Of a stretch of 54,562 bases of DNA, positions 20,478 to 31,598 are shown piece by piece. How positions within the stretch are numbered: position 1 is the stretch's first letter; each line of letters starts with the position of its first letter. The DNA is from Synechococcus sp. (GTDB lineage: Bacteria > Cyanobacteriota > Cyanobacteriia > Thermostichales > PCC-7336): assembly GCA_051439425.1 (NCBI GenBank), contig JBFRWD010000142.1:1-54562 (forward strand), read 5' to 3'. The notes below the pieces were generated by a model that was not told the origin of the DNA, made no database searches, and was given only the letters and a program-made list of their open reading frames with translations. Position numbers and translations under genes: made by a program.

Positions 20478-21248
20478 CTATCGCCGCTCGATCTTGTCCT
20501 CCAGCCGCTCGATACGTTCTTCGGTATGCGGGTGGGTACTGAGAAACTGAGGGGGAGCACCGTTGCCAAGCAGCTTAGTCATGAACTGTGTCATGGCATT
20601 GGGGTCATATCCAGCCCGAGTCAAAATTTTCAAGCCTTCCGCATCGGCCTCGTATTCCGCTTCGCGGCTGCGAGGCCGTCTAAATCCCAACTCCACACCA
20701 GTAGCCACGAGCACGTTGTCATCAACCCCCAAAAGCTGTGCGCCTGCCTGAGCAAAGGTCATGCGCTGCATTTGCTTCACAACGTGGCTCTCGGTGATAT
20801 GAGCAATTTCGTGTGCCAGCACTGACGCAATCTGAGCGTTGGAATCGGCAGCGGCAATTGCACCGGTAGTAATGTAAACATACCCGCCAGCCGTTGCAAA
20901 GGCATTGATGCCGCCATCCTGAACCACCTGAAATGTAAATGGTAGATCGGGGCGATCGCTCACACTTACTAAGCGGCGACCAATGCGATTAATACGTCGA
21001 GTCAGGCGAGGATTATTGGCCAACCTCAATTCACCACTTTCTAGCAATTGCCGGTTAATATCGCGCCCGAGTTTAACTTCGTCACTTTCAGACAAGTTAG
21101 ACAGCTGTATTGCTCTAAAACCGCCCTGTAATAAACCTCCCCAATCGAAGGCTCGGGCAACAACAGGACTGAATAACGTCAGTACAACAGCTGCAGCAAC
21201 AGCGACAGTGCCAGCTTTGAGCCTGAAGGAGATGGAGCGGCGGGTCAT
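20478..21248 (-). CDS. M48-family zinc metalloprotease, secreted
   Basis: INAFATAGG, LAHEIAH, EYEAD, LSTHP; signal peptide follows ATG 21248. Confidence 0.92.
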   Translation of the reverse strand: MTRRSISFRLKAGTVAVAAAVVLTLFSPVVARAFDWGGLLQGGFRAIQLSNLSESDEVKLGRDINRQLLESGELRLANNPRLTRRINRIGRRLVSVSDRPDLPFTFQVVQDGGINAFATAGGYVYITTGAIAAADSNAQIASVLAHEIAHITESHVVKQMQRMTFAQAGAQLLGVDDNVLVATGVELGFRRPRSREAEYEADAEGLKILTRAGYDPNAMTQFMTKLLGNGAPPQFLSTHPHTEERIERLEDKIERR

Positions 21249-21442
21249 GGACTCTATCAAACGAGCAGCAATTACACGATAGTGAAAGCAACCCCAAAAT
21301 GCTTCGATCCTTCGAGACAAGGCATCTGCGGAGGATGGCATATCTCTTGGCTCAGTTAGGGAGGAGAAGTAGCGCTAGTTGGTACAAGCGGGTTAGATCT
21401 CAGACCCGCCTGTCTATGCATTCCTTGAACCGATTTCTCCCA

Positions 21443-22306
21443 TCAGCGATACGTTAGTGTCCCATCCTTCTGGGCAACGCGGACTGCCCCTCTGAAGCAG
21501 ACATAACCCACCGGAATGAACACGGCCGCAAACCCCAGCAAATGAACTAAAGGCTGCCATAAATCTGCCAAGCTAGCCCCCTGCAAAATGGCTGCGCGCA
21601 TCCCATCCAGAGCAGGAGTAAGGGGAATGCACGACGCCACCCATTGAATACCTGGCGGCAACGATTCGATGGGGAAAAACACGCCGCCAAATAATGAGAA
21701 CAAGGTTTGCAGAACAAAGCGGCCAAAGTTTTGCTTAAACACCATCACGCTGGCCCCGAGTAAAGCACCCAAACCTCCAAATGCTGCAATGGTAGCTATG
21801 AAGATTGCGATCGCTGACAGGACATTAGCCTGAGACATATCTACACCTAGCAGCACAGCCAGCAACAGGTAGGAGGCAACATTTAAGCTGCTACGGATCA
21901 GCGGATAGGCCAGATTTCCCGCCAAGATTAAGCCGATGGGGGTAGTTGTCACCAACATGGGTTCTAAGGTGCCAAAGGTCTGAGCTTGTTTGATGGTGTC
22001 GGGAAAATCGTTGACTAGTGTATTGATAAATGTCAGGAAGGCCAGACCAATGATGACGAACGGGAAATATTCAGTGCTCCCTCCTCCGAGTAGTGAAACT
22101 CCGTTGTCACCGCCAATTGCGCTACCAGCAAAATAAAAGAGCAGCGTAAAACTGAGAATAAAAAAGTTCCGCGCCAGAAAATCCGTACGATAGCTAGCTG
22201 CTACTCGTAAATCTTTCCGTGCAAACGCCAGCAGTTTAGCCATCCATCCTAATCGTCTGGAGTTCGTCAGAACAGCACTTAGCTGGGCAGTATTCAACTT
22301 ACGCAT
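21443..22306 (-). CDS. ABC-2 type permease
   Basis: About 6 TM helices, GTLEPMLVT, GVFFPIESLP, PLTPALDGMR; ATG 22306 overlaps the ATPase stop (ATGCGTAA). Confidence 0.9.
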   Translation of the reverse strand: MRKLNTAQLSAVLTNSRRLGWMAKLLAFARKDLRVAASYRTDFLARNFFILSFTLLFYFAGSAIGGDNGVSLLGGGSTEYFPFVIIGLAFLTFINTLVNDFPDTIKQAQTFGTLEPMLVTTTPIGLILAGNLAYPLIRSSLNVASYLLLAVLLGVDMSQANVLSAIAIFIATIAAFGGLGALLGASVMVFKQNFGRFVLQTLFSLFGGVFFPIESLPPGIQWVASCIPLTPALDGMRAAILQGASLADLWQPLVHLLGFAAVFIPVGYVCFRGAVRVAQKDGTLTYR

Positions 22307-23447
22307 CTGTGTCTGTCCCCTGACGAGTGGCTTCGTTTGATGACGCATCAGTTAAGGCCGCATAGAGTTCCGCAAGAGTCATCTCCTGCTTGCGGCATTC
22401 CACAATGTCAATCTGTTGGTGCACCAAGCGTTTAATAATTGCAGCAACCGCACTATCGCAATCGCCGACCCGAACCTGCACCCGAAAGCGGTTGCAGAAC
22501 TGCAAGCCGGATCTACTGACCGTGGCGCGCTCTAGCGTAACGCCGGGTATCGAAAAATCGATGGCAGCACCCGAGAGGGATTGTCGCGTCACAATTTCAT
22601 AATGAGTTGCCGAGCACACAGACTTTCGAATGGACTCTAGCGTGCCGGATGCCACACTCACTCCGCGATGAAGAAAGAGCACGCGATCGCACAGTTGCTC
22701 GATTTCCTCAGGCATATGAGTGCATAAGAAAATAGTGCGCTGCTGTTCGGTCGCGAGCTGCTGTAGAAAGTGCCGAAACCGATCCGACGCCAACGGATCG
22801 AGACCGCTCGTGGGCTCGTCCAAAAACAGCACCTGTGGTTGATGCAACAAAGCGCGGGCGATCGCCAACTTTTGCTTCATGCCGGTCGAAAATTCTCGCA
22901 CCGCCTGATGTGCACAATCCCACAGGTCCACCTGTTCTAGTACTTCAGCTACGCGGTGGTCGCGTTCGCGACCCGCTAAATCATTCAGAGTGGCAAAGAA
23001 ATTTAAATTCGCGATCGCACTAATACGTTCTTCAAACGAGCGATCGGCGCAGGTAACGTATCCTACCGCCTTGCGAACATCTAGCGGGTGCTTGACCCCA
23101 TCTACTCCTACAACCTCAACGGTGCCGCGATCGGGCACCACCATTGTGCAGAGAATCCGCGTCAGAGTAGTCTTGCCCGCTCCATTCGTACCCAGGACGC
23201 CGAACACTTCCCCCCGATTAACGTGGAAGGAGACATCCCGGAGCACGGAGCGGTAGTTGACGGGGCTATTGCGCAATAGTTGAGGAATCGTTCGCCGTTG
23301 AGGAAACTGCTTGCACAAACGGTGGACACGTATGGCCGTTCTCCCGACATGTTCTTTGGTAGAAGAGCGACCGCTCGTTCCATTAGATATTGCTTCATTC
23401 GGAGAGAGCTGCAGCACAGAGCACGACGCTTTACGTTTCTTAAACAC
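22299..23447 (-). CDS. ABC-2 type ATP-binding protein
   Basis: GTNGAGKTT, FSTGMKQK, LFLDEPTSGLD; true start uncertain. Confidence 0.92.
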   Translation of the reverse strand: MFKKRKASCSVLQLSPNEAISNGTSGRSSTKEHVGRTAIRVHRLCKQFPQRRTIPQLLRNSPVNYRSVLRDVSFHVNRGEVFGVLGTNGAGKTTLTRILCTMVVPDRGTVEVVGVDGVKHPLDVRKAVGYVTCADRSFEERISAIANLNFFATLNDLAGRERDHRVAEVLEQVDLWDCAHQAVREFSTGMKQKLAIARALLHQPQVLFLDEPTSGLDPLASDRFRHFLQQLATEQQRTIFLCTHMPEEIEQLCDRVLFLHRGVSVASGTLESIRKSVCSATHYEIVTRQSLSGAAIDFSIPGVTLERATVSRSGLQFCNRFRVQVRVGDCDSAVAAIIKRLVHQQIDIVECRKQEMTLAELYAALTDASSNEATRQGTDTDA

Positions 23448-23978
23448 TGTAAGACACGCTTGCGTGAATCCACAGGTCGCAGCATAGAAACTGCGTGCGG
23501 ACTCTCAATGAGCACTTCAACCAAGCGTTTAGTCGCTCACAACACTGTGTATGTACCAACCCGTATAGCCATCCCTTTCGCCATCTACCACTGAGAGCCA
23601 TCGGTTGGATTCAGACACAGACCATCGCTCATTGGTTGCAAGTAGCACAGCCATAGCGGTTCAGCATTTCACTTAATCAAGGCAAACAACATTGCAACAC
23701 CGACGTCATCCATCTTCACCGAGTAACACACTCAAGAAACTTTCGAATCGATATATACTCTTGCTACTTGAAGAGACGATTGGCTCAAATTTGCGATCGA
23801 GGCGGGACATTATCTGGCCCAGATAGGACAATCGTGTTCAATCTATTTCTCTCCGTCTTTTGTTATTGTTCTGCGGTAAATGGCCGCTATCGACCCGCAA
23901 TACGAACGAGTATCTGACGATACTTAACAGTCCTTCCAGAGTTCGCGTATAGTTGACAACAAGCAGTAGAGCAACCTA

Positions 23979-24989
23979 ATGAAAGACACAATTCTGGTTA
24001 CCGGCGGTGCTGGCTACATTGGTTCTCATGTCGTCAAAGTTCTACTAGATGACGGCTACAACGTGGTTGTTCTCGACAATTTGTCCAGCGGACGGGCGGA
24101 TTTTGTTCCTGACGGTCGTCTAGTCAAGGGAGATATTAGCGACGCGAACCTGCTTAAAGAATTGTTCGCCCAACATTCATTTGCTGCTGTTTGCCACCTA
24201 GCAGCATCGATTCAAGTGGGAGAGTCCACCACAGCCCCAAGTCTTTACTACCGCAATAACGTCGCCAACACATTGATGCTTCTGGACGCCATGGTTGCCG
24301 CTGGCGTCAAGCATTTTGTCTTCCCGTCCACCTGTGCCGTGTACGGCGAGCCTCAGACATTACCCATTCCCGAAACTCATCCTCTCAACCCCCTTAGCCC
24401 GTATGGGGCAACAAAATCAATGGTGGAGAGAATTCTACAGGACTATCGCAGCGCATACGACATTCAGTCTGTCGTATTCCGCTTCTTTAATGCAGCAGGG
24501 GCAGCTCCAGATGGCACGATTGGAGAAGACCACGACCCAGAAACCCACTTAATTCCAATTGCTGTTGAGGCTGCATTAGGATTGCGGCCGGGTCTCAAAA
24601 TGTTCGGCAATGACTATGACACTCCCGATGGCACTTGCGTCCGCGACTACATTCACGTCATGGATTTAGCCTCTGCCTTCAGTCTGTCCCTCGACTATTT
24701 GAAGCGAGAGCACACCAGCCAGATTTTTAACTTGGGTAGTATGCGTGGCTTCTCAGTGAGAGAAGTGGCCGAAACCGTGATGAAAGTCTCTGGTCGGCAA
24801 TTCCCTGTCGAGGTCAGCCCTCGTCGCCCTGGAGACTCCCCTCAGCTAGTTGGCAGCAATGCTCTTGCAGAAGAACTACTGGGGTGGATTCCCCGCTATG
24901 GCGATCTGGATACTATCGTCAACGATGCGTGGAACTGGCATAGCAACGAACTTGCTCGCAAATCCCAGTTATCAGCAGTGGCGGTCTAG
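23979..24989 (+). CDS. galE: UDP-glucose 4-epimerase
   Basis: TGGAGYIGSH, YGATK, RFFNAAGA, PETHLIP, DGTCVRDYIHV. Confidence 0.95.
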   Translation: MKDTILVTGGAGYIGSHVVKVLLDDGYNVVVLDNLSSGRADFVPDGRLVKGDISDANLLKELFAQHSFAAVCHLAASIQVGESTTAPSLYYRNNVANTLMLLDAMVAAGVKHFVFPSTCAVYGEPQTLPIPETHPLNPLSPYGATKSMVERILQDYRSAYDIQSVVFRFFNAAGAAPDGTIGEDHDPETHLIPIAVEAALGLRPGLKMFGNDYDTPDGTCVRDYIHVMDLASAFSLSLDYLKREHTSQIFNLGSMRGFSVREVAETVMKVSGRQFPVEVSPRRPGDSPQLVGSNALAEELLGWIPRYGDLDTIVNDAWNWHSNELARKSQLSAVAV

Positions 24990-25122
24990 GATTGGTGCCG
25001 CCGATCGCCAGCTTGTACTAGTTTTCTGTCAGCGTAAGGGTGATGAGTACTTGGTTTTACACGAGCTTGTTGAACTGTATGGGTAGTGCGATGGCATCTC
25101 TCACAGCAAGCCTGACAACCCA

Positions 25123-25959
25123 TTAATCCACAAAAGATGCTCGTAGTTGGGCATTGAGTTTTAAGTTATCAAGCAACGTTGACCATTGCTCGGCTTCAAT
25201 CTCAGCAATCCTGTCATCCAGTGCTGTTCGGTAGGCGTACAAAGCGCGCAAAAGGGCCTCTCGGTTAAACTCGGCCATCGCTGTGCCCAGTTCGGGATTC
25301 CCACCTCCCACTCGGCTGGTATCTCGGAATCCACTGCTGGCTAATTGTTGCGCAAGCTCTCGTTCATTCTCCTCGGCAGTCGCTACTGCTGAAATTAACG
25401 CTGCGCTGACCATCGCAGGCAAGTGACTAATCCAAGCAACTGCTGCATCGTGAACTTCTGGCTTCGTATGAACCAAGCTGACCTGGAGAGGACGCAGTAT
25501 CGACTCTAGCGTGGCGATCGCTTGCAGATTCGTGGCCTCCACTGAAGTAATGACATAGGAACAGCCGGAAAATAATCCGTAGTGGGCAGCATCGATACCC
25601 TGCTCGGCAGTTCCGGCCATCGGATGTCCGGCAACAAAGTTGGGCCACACATCAGTTGCAGGTTGCGCAATCGCTGCTTTGACCGAAGCAACATCAGTGG
25701 CAATCGCCTCCGGTCGCAAAATACTCGCTAATACTTCTAGCGTCGGCAACACGTAGGGTATGGGGGTGCAAATGAATGCAACATCCACCTCGTGTAAGCT
25801 TTCCAATTGAGTACTGGCGCGATCGACAACGCGACGCTCTAGAGCAATACTGCAAGTTTCTGGGCTACGACTAGTTCCCCAAACGGTATGGCCGTGGTTA
25901 CGAAATTCCAGCGCCAGCGACCCACCAATCAAGCCCATGCCGACAATGCCGATATTCAT
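25123..25959 (-). CDS. tyrA: Prephenate/arogenate dehydrogenase
   Basis: GIVGMGLIGGS, TDVASVK, GHPMAG, HDAAVAWISHLP, GFRDTSRV. Confidence 0.95.
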   Translation of the reverse strand: MNIGIVGMGLIGGSLALEFRNHGHTVWGTSRSPETCSIALERRVVDRASTQLESLHEVDVAFICTPIPYVLPTLEVLASILRPEAIATDVASVKAAIAQPATDVWPNFVAGHPMAGTAEQGIDAAHYGLFSGCSYVITSVEATNLQAIATLESILRPLQVSLVHTKPEVHDAAVAWISHLPAMVSAALISAVATAEENERELAQQLASSGFRDTSRVGGGNPELGTAMAEFNREALLRALYAYRTALDDRIAEIEAEQWSTLLDNLKLNAQLRASFVD

Positions 25960-26071
25960 GAAAGCCCTGATTGCGAACTCGGTAAGCGTTACAGCCTCAA
26001 GACCAAAGCTGAGAACTCCAACGCAAGATACGTATACTTCCAGACAGTATCAGAAGTTAACTCTACAGTCG

Positions 26072-26290
26072 TCACACATCCTGCGAAAGTTCGCCTTCAA
26101 TATGTACGGGCACCGGTTCCGCAACCCCAGTATCTGGCTCGCCGTAAGCTTGGTATTCGCCCAGGAATGCAATTGCAGATAATGCAGACAGCACCAAGAT
26201 TGTGACGTAGCCCACATCTTGCCATCCTGACAAGCGACGGCCAACTTGACCAAGAGCCCGACGGAACAAAGTTTTTCTGAACAGATTCAT
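26072..26290 (-). CDS. Small hypothetical membrane protein
   Basis: Basic N-terminus, one TM helix, acidic tail; co-oriented upstream of tyrA. Confidence 0.5.
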   Translation of the reverse strand: MNLFRKTLFRRALGQVGRRLSGWQDVGYVTILVLSALSAIAFLGEYQAYGEPDTGVAEPVPVHIEGELSQDV

Positions 26291-26764
26291 GCGTACATCC
26301 TTCAACCTGTAGATTGCCAGCGCACGTTTGATGCCCTCCTCGGGCATTCGGTCAAGCCGTCGGCATTACGCCGCAGGAGTAAATAGTGGCACTTGCATTC
26401 GAAACGTTATGGTTGCGTATTTGACTCTGCATGACAGTCGAGCTGGCAAGCAGATCGAACCTATTCCTCACTGATAAAACACTATACAGCAAATGTGAAA
26501 ATCCTGTGAAGTACATGAAGGCAATATGAAGTCAGTATGTACAGTGGCGAGTTCTTCCACGAGAAATGTCGATGATGCGTACGCAACTTCACGATTAGTG
26601 GTGATGCTCATTGTCGTTGATGATGATTGTGTAAAACGTAGATAAAGATTGGGACCATAAAAACATTGCCAGGCTTCGCATTCGCATTCGAGCACCCGAC
26701 CAAAAAATGGGGGTATAAGTTGCGTTAAAGATAGATAGCGAGATGGCGATCGGGCAGAGATGAG

Positions 26765-28543
26765 ATGAGTAGGGAGCGCAATAGAGGGATGACTGCCAAC
26801 ACAATGACCAACCGTGAAACTACGACCCGTAAAATTGCCGAGATTAGGCATCAGTCAGCATCGCAAGTGGAGAGTAGAACGCTAGTCGCCCGAACTCGAT
26901 TTTCTCCGTCTAGACGTCGCTTTTTAGCGTTTTGCGGAGGGGTGGGTTTAGTGGTTGCCGGATGTGGTTCCACGCCCACCAGGCAAAACAGTTCATCATC
27001 CCAGAACAATAGCGAAGCACTTGCCCCTGGAGATCGACGCATTGCTGTAGGCATTACCGATCGCATTCGCACCCTCGATCCGTCTGATGCCTTCGAGCCC
27101 GTATCGCTGAACGTACTGCTCAATATTGGCGAAACCCTCTACACCTACAACGCAGATACTGGAACTTCGGAACCACTACTGGCCACCGCCCTACCTACCG
27201 TGAGCGCAGATGGACTCACGTATTCAATTCCACTGCGCCAAGGGGTCACCTTTCACGATGGCACCCCCTTTAATGCCGAAGCCATGGCATTTTCGCTCCA
27301 ACGGCTGATCGAGAATGGTGGAAAGCCTGCCTTTTTGCTGTCTGAAGTCGTTCAGGAGATCGCGCCCAGCAGTGAATTTGAGCTGTCGATTCAACTCAAA
27401 GAGCCCTTCAGCGCTTTTACCGCTACCTTGGCCTTTCCAGGAGCCTGTGCCGTTTCTCCGACCGCCCATACCATAGGAGAATTCCAGCCCGAAACAGTGG
27501 TTGCAACAGGCCATTATCGCCTTGCCGACTATGCCGAGAACTCTCGCTTGGTACTCAATCGCAACGACGACTATTGGGGGGACCCTGCCGCCAATAGCGG
27601 GATTGACATCCAGTCGTTCAATACCCCAGCATCCTTACTCAATGCCTTCAAAAGTCGAGCGATCGATATAGCGTTCCAAACCTTAGAACCCAGCCAAATC
27701 GAAACCTTAGTCAAGGAGCAAGACTCCCAACAGTGGCAGGTAGCCTCTCAAACCAGCGCATTAATTCGCTACTTGGTTCTGAATATTACCCAACCCCCTC
27801 TCGACCAGTTAGAAGTGCGACAGGCGATCGCTTCTGCCATCAACCGTACGCTGTTAGAAGAGCGAGTCTTCCTCAATCAAGCGTCCCCACTCTTTTCTCT
27901 CATCCCGAATACCGTTACAGGCTCTATTCCAACCTTCAAAGATGAATATGGGGATGGCAATACGGAGCGGGCGATTGCCCTCCTTAAAGCAGCAGGTTTT
28001 ACCCCAGAAACCCCTGTCCAAACGACGTTGTGGCACGCATCCAGTAATGCTCGCGGTGAGCTGATCGCGAACACCCTCAAAGCGTCTTTGGAATCCGAGT
28101 TAGAGGGGTTATTCCAGCTTGAATTACAGTCTGTGGAAGCCGCAACATTATTCAGTAATTTAGATAAAGGCAGCTATCCTATGGTGCTGCTATCGTGGGC
28201 TCCAGATTTCTTAGACCCCGATAATTATCTACAGCCCTTTGTCGCGTGCGATCGCTCGGACAATGACGTTTGCCTCGAAGGCTCGACATTTGCCCATGGG
28301 TCGTTTTTCAGTGACGACACGATTAATCAATTGGTGCAAGCACAGCGCCAGGAGGCAGATGCAGGAGCACGCATCCAATTACTGGAGCAGGTACAAGTGG
28401 AGATTGCCCAGCAGGTTCCTTTCATTCCACTGGTGCAGGGAGTAGATTATGCGTTCGGCGCTCCGACAATCTCGGGGTTAAGCATTGGAGCATCTCAATC
28501 CATTCAGTTTTGGAAGCTGCAAACCGGAGATGTGCCCAATTAA
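26765..28543 (+). CDS. Peptide/nickel ABC transporter substrate-binding lipoprotein (family 5)
   Basis: SRRRFL twin-arginine motif plus lipobox VAGC; TLDP, LRQGVTFHDGTPFNAE, VRQAIASAINR; the true start is probably downstream (e.g. GTG 26867). Confidence 0.92.
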   Translation: MSRERNRGMTANTMTNRETTTRKIAEIRHQSASQVESRTLVARTRFSPSRRRFLAFCGGVGLVVAGCGSTPTRQNSSSSQNNSEALAPGDRRIAVGITDRIRTLDPSDAFEPVSLNVLLNIGETLYTYNADTGTSEPLLATALPTVSADGLTYSIPLRQGVTFHDGTPFNAEAMAFSLQRLIENGGKPAFLLSEVVQEIAPSSEFELSIQLKEPFSAFTATLAFPGACAVSPTAHTIGEFQPETVVATGHYRLADYAENSRLVLNRNDDYWGDPAANSGIDIQSFNTPASLLNAFKSRAIDIAFQTLEPSQIETLVKEQDSQQWQVASQTSALIRYLVLNITQPPLDQLEVRQAIASAINRTLLEERVFLNQASPLFSLIPNTVTGSIPTFKDEYGDGNTERAIALLKAAGFTPETPVQTTLWHASSNARGELIANTLKASLESELEGLFQLELQSVEAATLFSNLDKGSYPMVLLSWAPDFLDPDNYLQPFVACDRSDNDVCLEGSTFAHGSFFSDDTINQLVQAQRQEADAGARIQLLEQVQVEIAQQVPFIPLVQGVDYAFGAPTISGLSIGASQSIQFWKLQTGDVPN

Positions 28544-28627
28544 GGTACGAGCTTGCATGCCCCTCTACGGCGGCAAGCCTTTGAAACCATTAGTGTCGCA
28601 TTTTCCGATTGGGCAGAAAACCTAGAG

Positions 28628-29275
28628 CTAATTGATTTGAAGTCTGACGGCAGGCCTCGTCACTTCACCAGAGCGATCGTGTTGCTCGTGGCGCTCGGAG
28701 TATACGAGCCGACGACGGGACCTATGATGACCACGAAAATGGGAGTGACGATAACCGCAGGTAGAAGCGAGACACACAATCCGACGACTTTGGTTGGCAT
28801 TGATGGCATTCGTTCTAGCCAAAGACTCGCGCTCCAGGGCCCGTAAATAGCGAGCTTCAGCTCGCGCCATCCGTTCCTGGTTACGCTGTTCGCGCCGTAT
28901 CTCGCGTGCGGCAAGCCGCTCTTCACGAGCTGCCCACTCTGCTTGCCGTTGACGCTCTAGAGCCAACTCCCTTGCCAGGTCGGCCTCGGAAGGTGTCACA
29001 GACAATTGTCCGAGACTGGCATCCGAATTGCTGACTTCGGCCAGCAGCGAGCTAGTGTTCAATCGCTGAAGATGACTGCGGTAATCGAGCAAATCGCGTT
29101 CGGCACCTTGCTCGTCAATCAAGCGATCGACGAGAGATATGGCTAAAGACCAATTCTCTTGTTCTACAGCCTCAGCCAGAGAGGATCGAGTTTCAATTGG
29201 GCTAGCGAAAGCAACAGGGGAGAAGAGCAGCACGCTTGCGGCGATCATTCCAGACATTAGTGCGGGGCGTATCAC
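28628..29275 (-). CDS. Hypothetical secreted coiled-coil protein
   Basis: GGAG RBS, signal peptide ending AFA|S, Arg/Glu-rich coiled coil, CLASTC and a His/Arg-rich tail. Confidence 0.7.
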   Translation of the reverse strand: MIRPALMSGMIAASVLLFSPVAFASPIETRSSLAEAVEQENWSLAISLVDRLIDEQGAERDLLDYRSHLQRLNTSSLLAEVSNSDASLGQLSVTPSEADLARELALERQRQAEWAAREERLAAREIRREQRNQERMARAEARYLRALERESLARTNAINANQSRRIVCLASTCGYRHSHFRGHHRSRRRLVYSERHEQHDRSGEVTRPAVRLQIN

Positions 29276-29847
29276 GGCTATTCTCTCCTGCGCGGTTGCT
29301 CAACCCTGTCGATAGAACCGAGGCCTACTTGAACAGACACTTTGTGTTGTGAGGACTTACTTGTAGTGTGGTCCATTGAATTACCAGATAGTTGCGCTTA
29401 ACCGTAGCTTTACCGGACATAGGTTTTTCAATTTCAACGCCCCACGACTCCCATCAGCGAATCACCTCCAGTGGCCTATCTCAGAGACCCTAGATCGGCA
29501 ACACAACCCAAACAGATAGGAAGATTTAACACCTGAGTTCTGTTCGCAAAACACTGTAGAACTTCTACGCACGCAGAGTGATAGACACTCATCCCAATGC
29601 ATGTCTTACGACCACGCATCTTGGTGACTAACAGTGAAAAAGAAAACCAAGTTGAAGAGTTCTCGTGCTTATTGCCTAGCCCAGTTAGGGGGTAAGAAGT
29701 CTAAAATTTTTCGATATGATTACAATGCGCGATAAATAGCGATCGTTCCATAACGAAGCCAGTTATTTTCATAGAAAATGTTCACCTGAGACAGTCACAA
29801 TTTGTCACGAAGGGAATGCTATTGATCATGTATATGTAAGCACCCAC

Positions 29848-30072
29848 ATGCCCCAATATCGTTTTGAAATTGAAGTCAAGGACGACGATTTATTTGAAAC
29901 ACTGGAAATCCACGAGTTTGTGTTAGAGGCGGGGTCGGAAACAGAAGCACTAACCAAATTTGAGTGGATTGCAGCAGAACGGGGATGGAACGCTCAGGTC
30001 ACAGAGGAGCTAGTCGATGGAAACTGGACTCCCACTCCGCTACTACCCAACAAAACTGTGGGCGACCTCTAA
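29848..30072 (+). CDS. Small acidic hypothetical protein
   Basis: 74-aa ATG ORF alone in an intergenic gap, with protein-like composition. Confidence 0.65.
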   Translation: MPQYRFEIEVKDDDLFETLEIHEFVLEAGSETEALTKFEWIAAERGWNAQVTEELVDGNWTPTPLLPNKTVGDL

Positions 30073-30257
30073 TAAAGTGGGTTCGCTAAGCTCAGCGCTA
30101 TCCGTGCTTGTCGTATTAAATAATGCTAAGACGTAGAGAGTGATTCTGCGCGAGTCTTCTTACTGGTTTGAGATCGCTTCCAGCCGGCTGTCTTTGATAG
30201 ACCTATCGTAGGGTCCTCTCGGCAGAATCACATCGACTCTAGACAGCATGAGAAACC

Positions 30258-31598
30258 ATGAAAAACAGCGGGCAACGGCTGAAACTCGCCCTTGCCGGGG
30301 CGATCGCAATCATCCTCGTCGTTGGGCTGTGGCAAATCAGAAGTGCTAACGACAGTAATAGAGAGAACAGCCACTCGTCTGACAGCAGCGAACGCACCAC
30401 AACGTCAACATCACTGCCCCAGCGCGTAGCAGTTGCAGCATTAGGGCGATTAGAACCTCGAGGGGAGGTGATTCGGATCGGTGGCCCCACCGGAGAGCGC
30501 ATCGGTTTGTTGGAAGTGCGACGCGGTACTTGGGTAGAGACTGGCGATATCTTGGCTTACCTAGAAAGTCATGCCGAACGATTGGCAGAACGCGATTTAG
30601 CTGCCAGCCAACTGGCGGAAGCAGAAATTCGCTTAATTGCCCAGACAGGATTGAGTCAGGCGGAAATTACCGAGGCATCCACCCGGTTGCAACAGATTGA
30701 ACGGCCAGCAACGTTTGAAATTGAGGGGCAACAGGCCACAGTACGTCAGCTTGAGGTTGAACTGGCGATCGAGCAAGCCGACTTGGAACGCTTCCAGACA
30801 CTGTTTACCGAAGGAGCTATTTCCGAACAAGAATTGGATCGTCAACAAAGTACAGCGAGTCAACTGCAAGAACGGTTGAGTAATGCTCGCTCTGTTCTAG
30901 TGCGTCTAGAGACGGCACGAGACACGGACATGCTCAATGCGGAAGCTCAGTTGAGTGCGGCGGAAGCGAATCTCGAACTGTCTCGAATTCAGGTGGCTGT
31001 TGATTCCGCCCGTCGCAATCTCGTACTAGCTGAGGCACGTCTGGAACGAACGATTATCCGAGCCCCACAAGCTGGACGCATCTTGCAGGTATATACCCGG
31101 GCGGGGGAAGCAATTTCTGCGTCCCAAGGAATCCTGGATATGGGAGACACCAATCATATGTTTGTGGTGGCCGAAGTGTACGAAACGGATGTCGGTCTCG
31201 TGCAAACCGGGCAACCTGCCACGGTCGTGAGCAGAAATGGAGCATTTTCCCAAGAACTGACCGGGAAGGTGGCCGACGTCGGATGGCAAATTTTCAAAAA
31301 TGACGTGCTGGATGACGATCCAGCGGCAAATGCCGATTCCCGTGTGGTGGAGGTCAAGATTGAACTGGATAACAGCGAGCCAGTAGCCGGACTCACCAAC
31401 TTGCAGGTTGATGTGCGGATTGATGTCAGCGGGGACTCTCCCACACTTGGGCGTGGAGAAGCCCTCGGAGGTGAATCATCCACCAATACAAGCTCGGGCA
31501 GTACAGTATTCCGCCGATCGCTGGGTAACGTGCCACCGCAACCAGCGTCTTTAGAGCCTTCTGTATCTATTGTTGTTGCCTCAACTGCAAGTCTGTGA
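30258..31598 (+). CDS. devB: DevB-like membrane fusion protein (HlyD family)
   Basis: VAALGRLEPRGEVI, IRAPQAGRIL, VVAEVYETD, DSRVVEVKI, LTNLQVDV. Confidence 0.9.
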   Translation: MKNSGQRLKLALAGAIAIILVVGLWQIRSANDSNRENSHSSDSSERTTTSTSLPQRVAVAALGRLEPRGEVIRIGGPTGERIGLLEVRRGTWVETGDILAYLESHAERLAERDLAASQLAEAEIRLIAQTGLSQAEITEASTRLQQIERPATFEIEGQQATVRQLEVELAIEQADLERFQTLFTEGAISEQELDRQQSTASQLQERLSNARSVLVRLETARDTDMLNAEAQLSAAEANLELSRIQVAVDSARRNLVLAEARLERTIIRAPQAGRILQVYTRAGEAISASQGILDMGDTNHMFVVAEVYETDVGLVQTGQPATVVSRNGAFSQELTGKVADVGWQIFKNDVLDDDPAANADSRVVEVKIELDNSEPVAGLTNLQVDVRIDVSGDSPTLGRGEALGGESSTNTSSGSTVFRRSLGNVPPQPASLEPSVSIVVASTASL

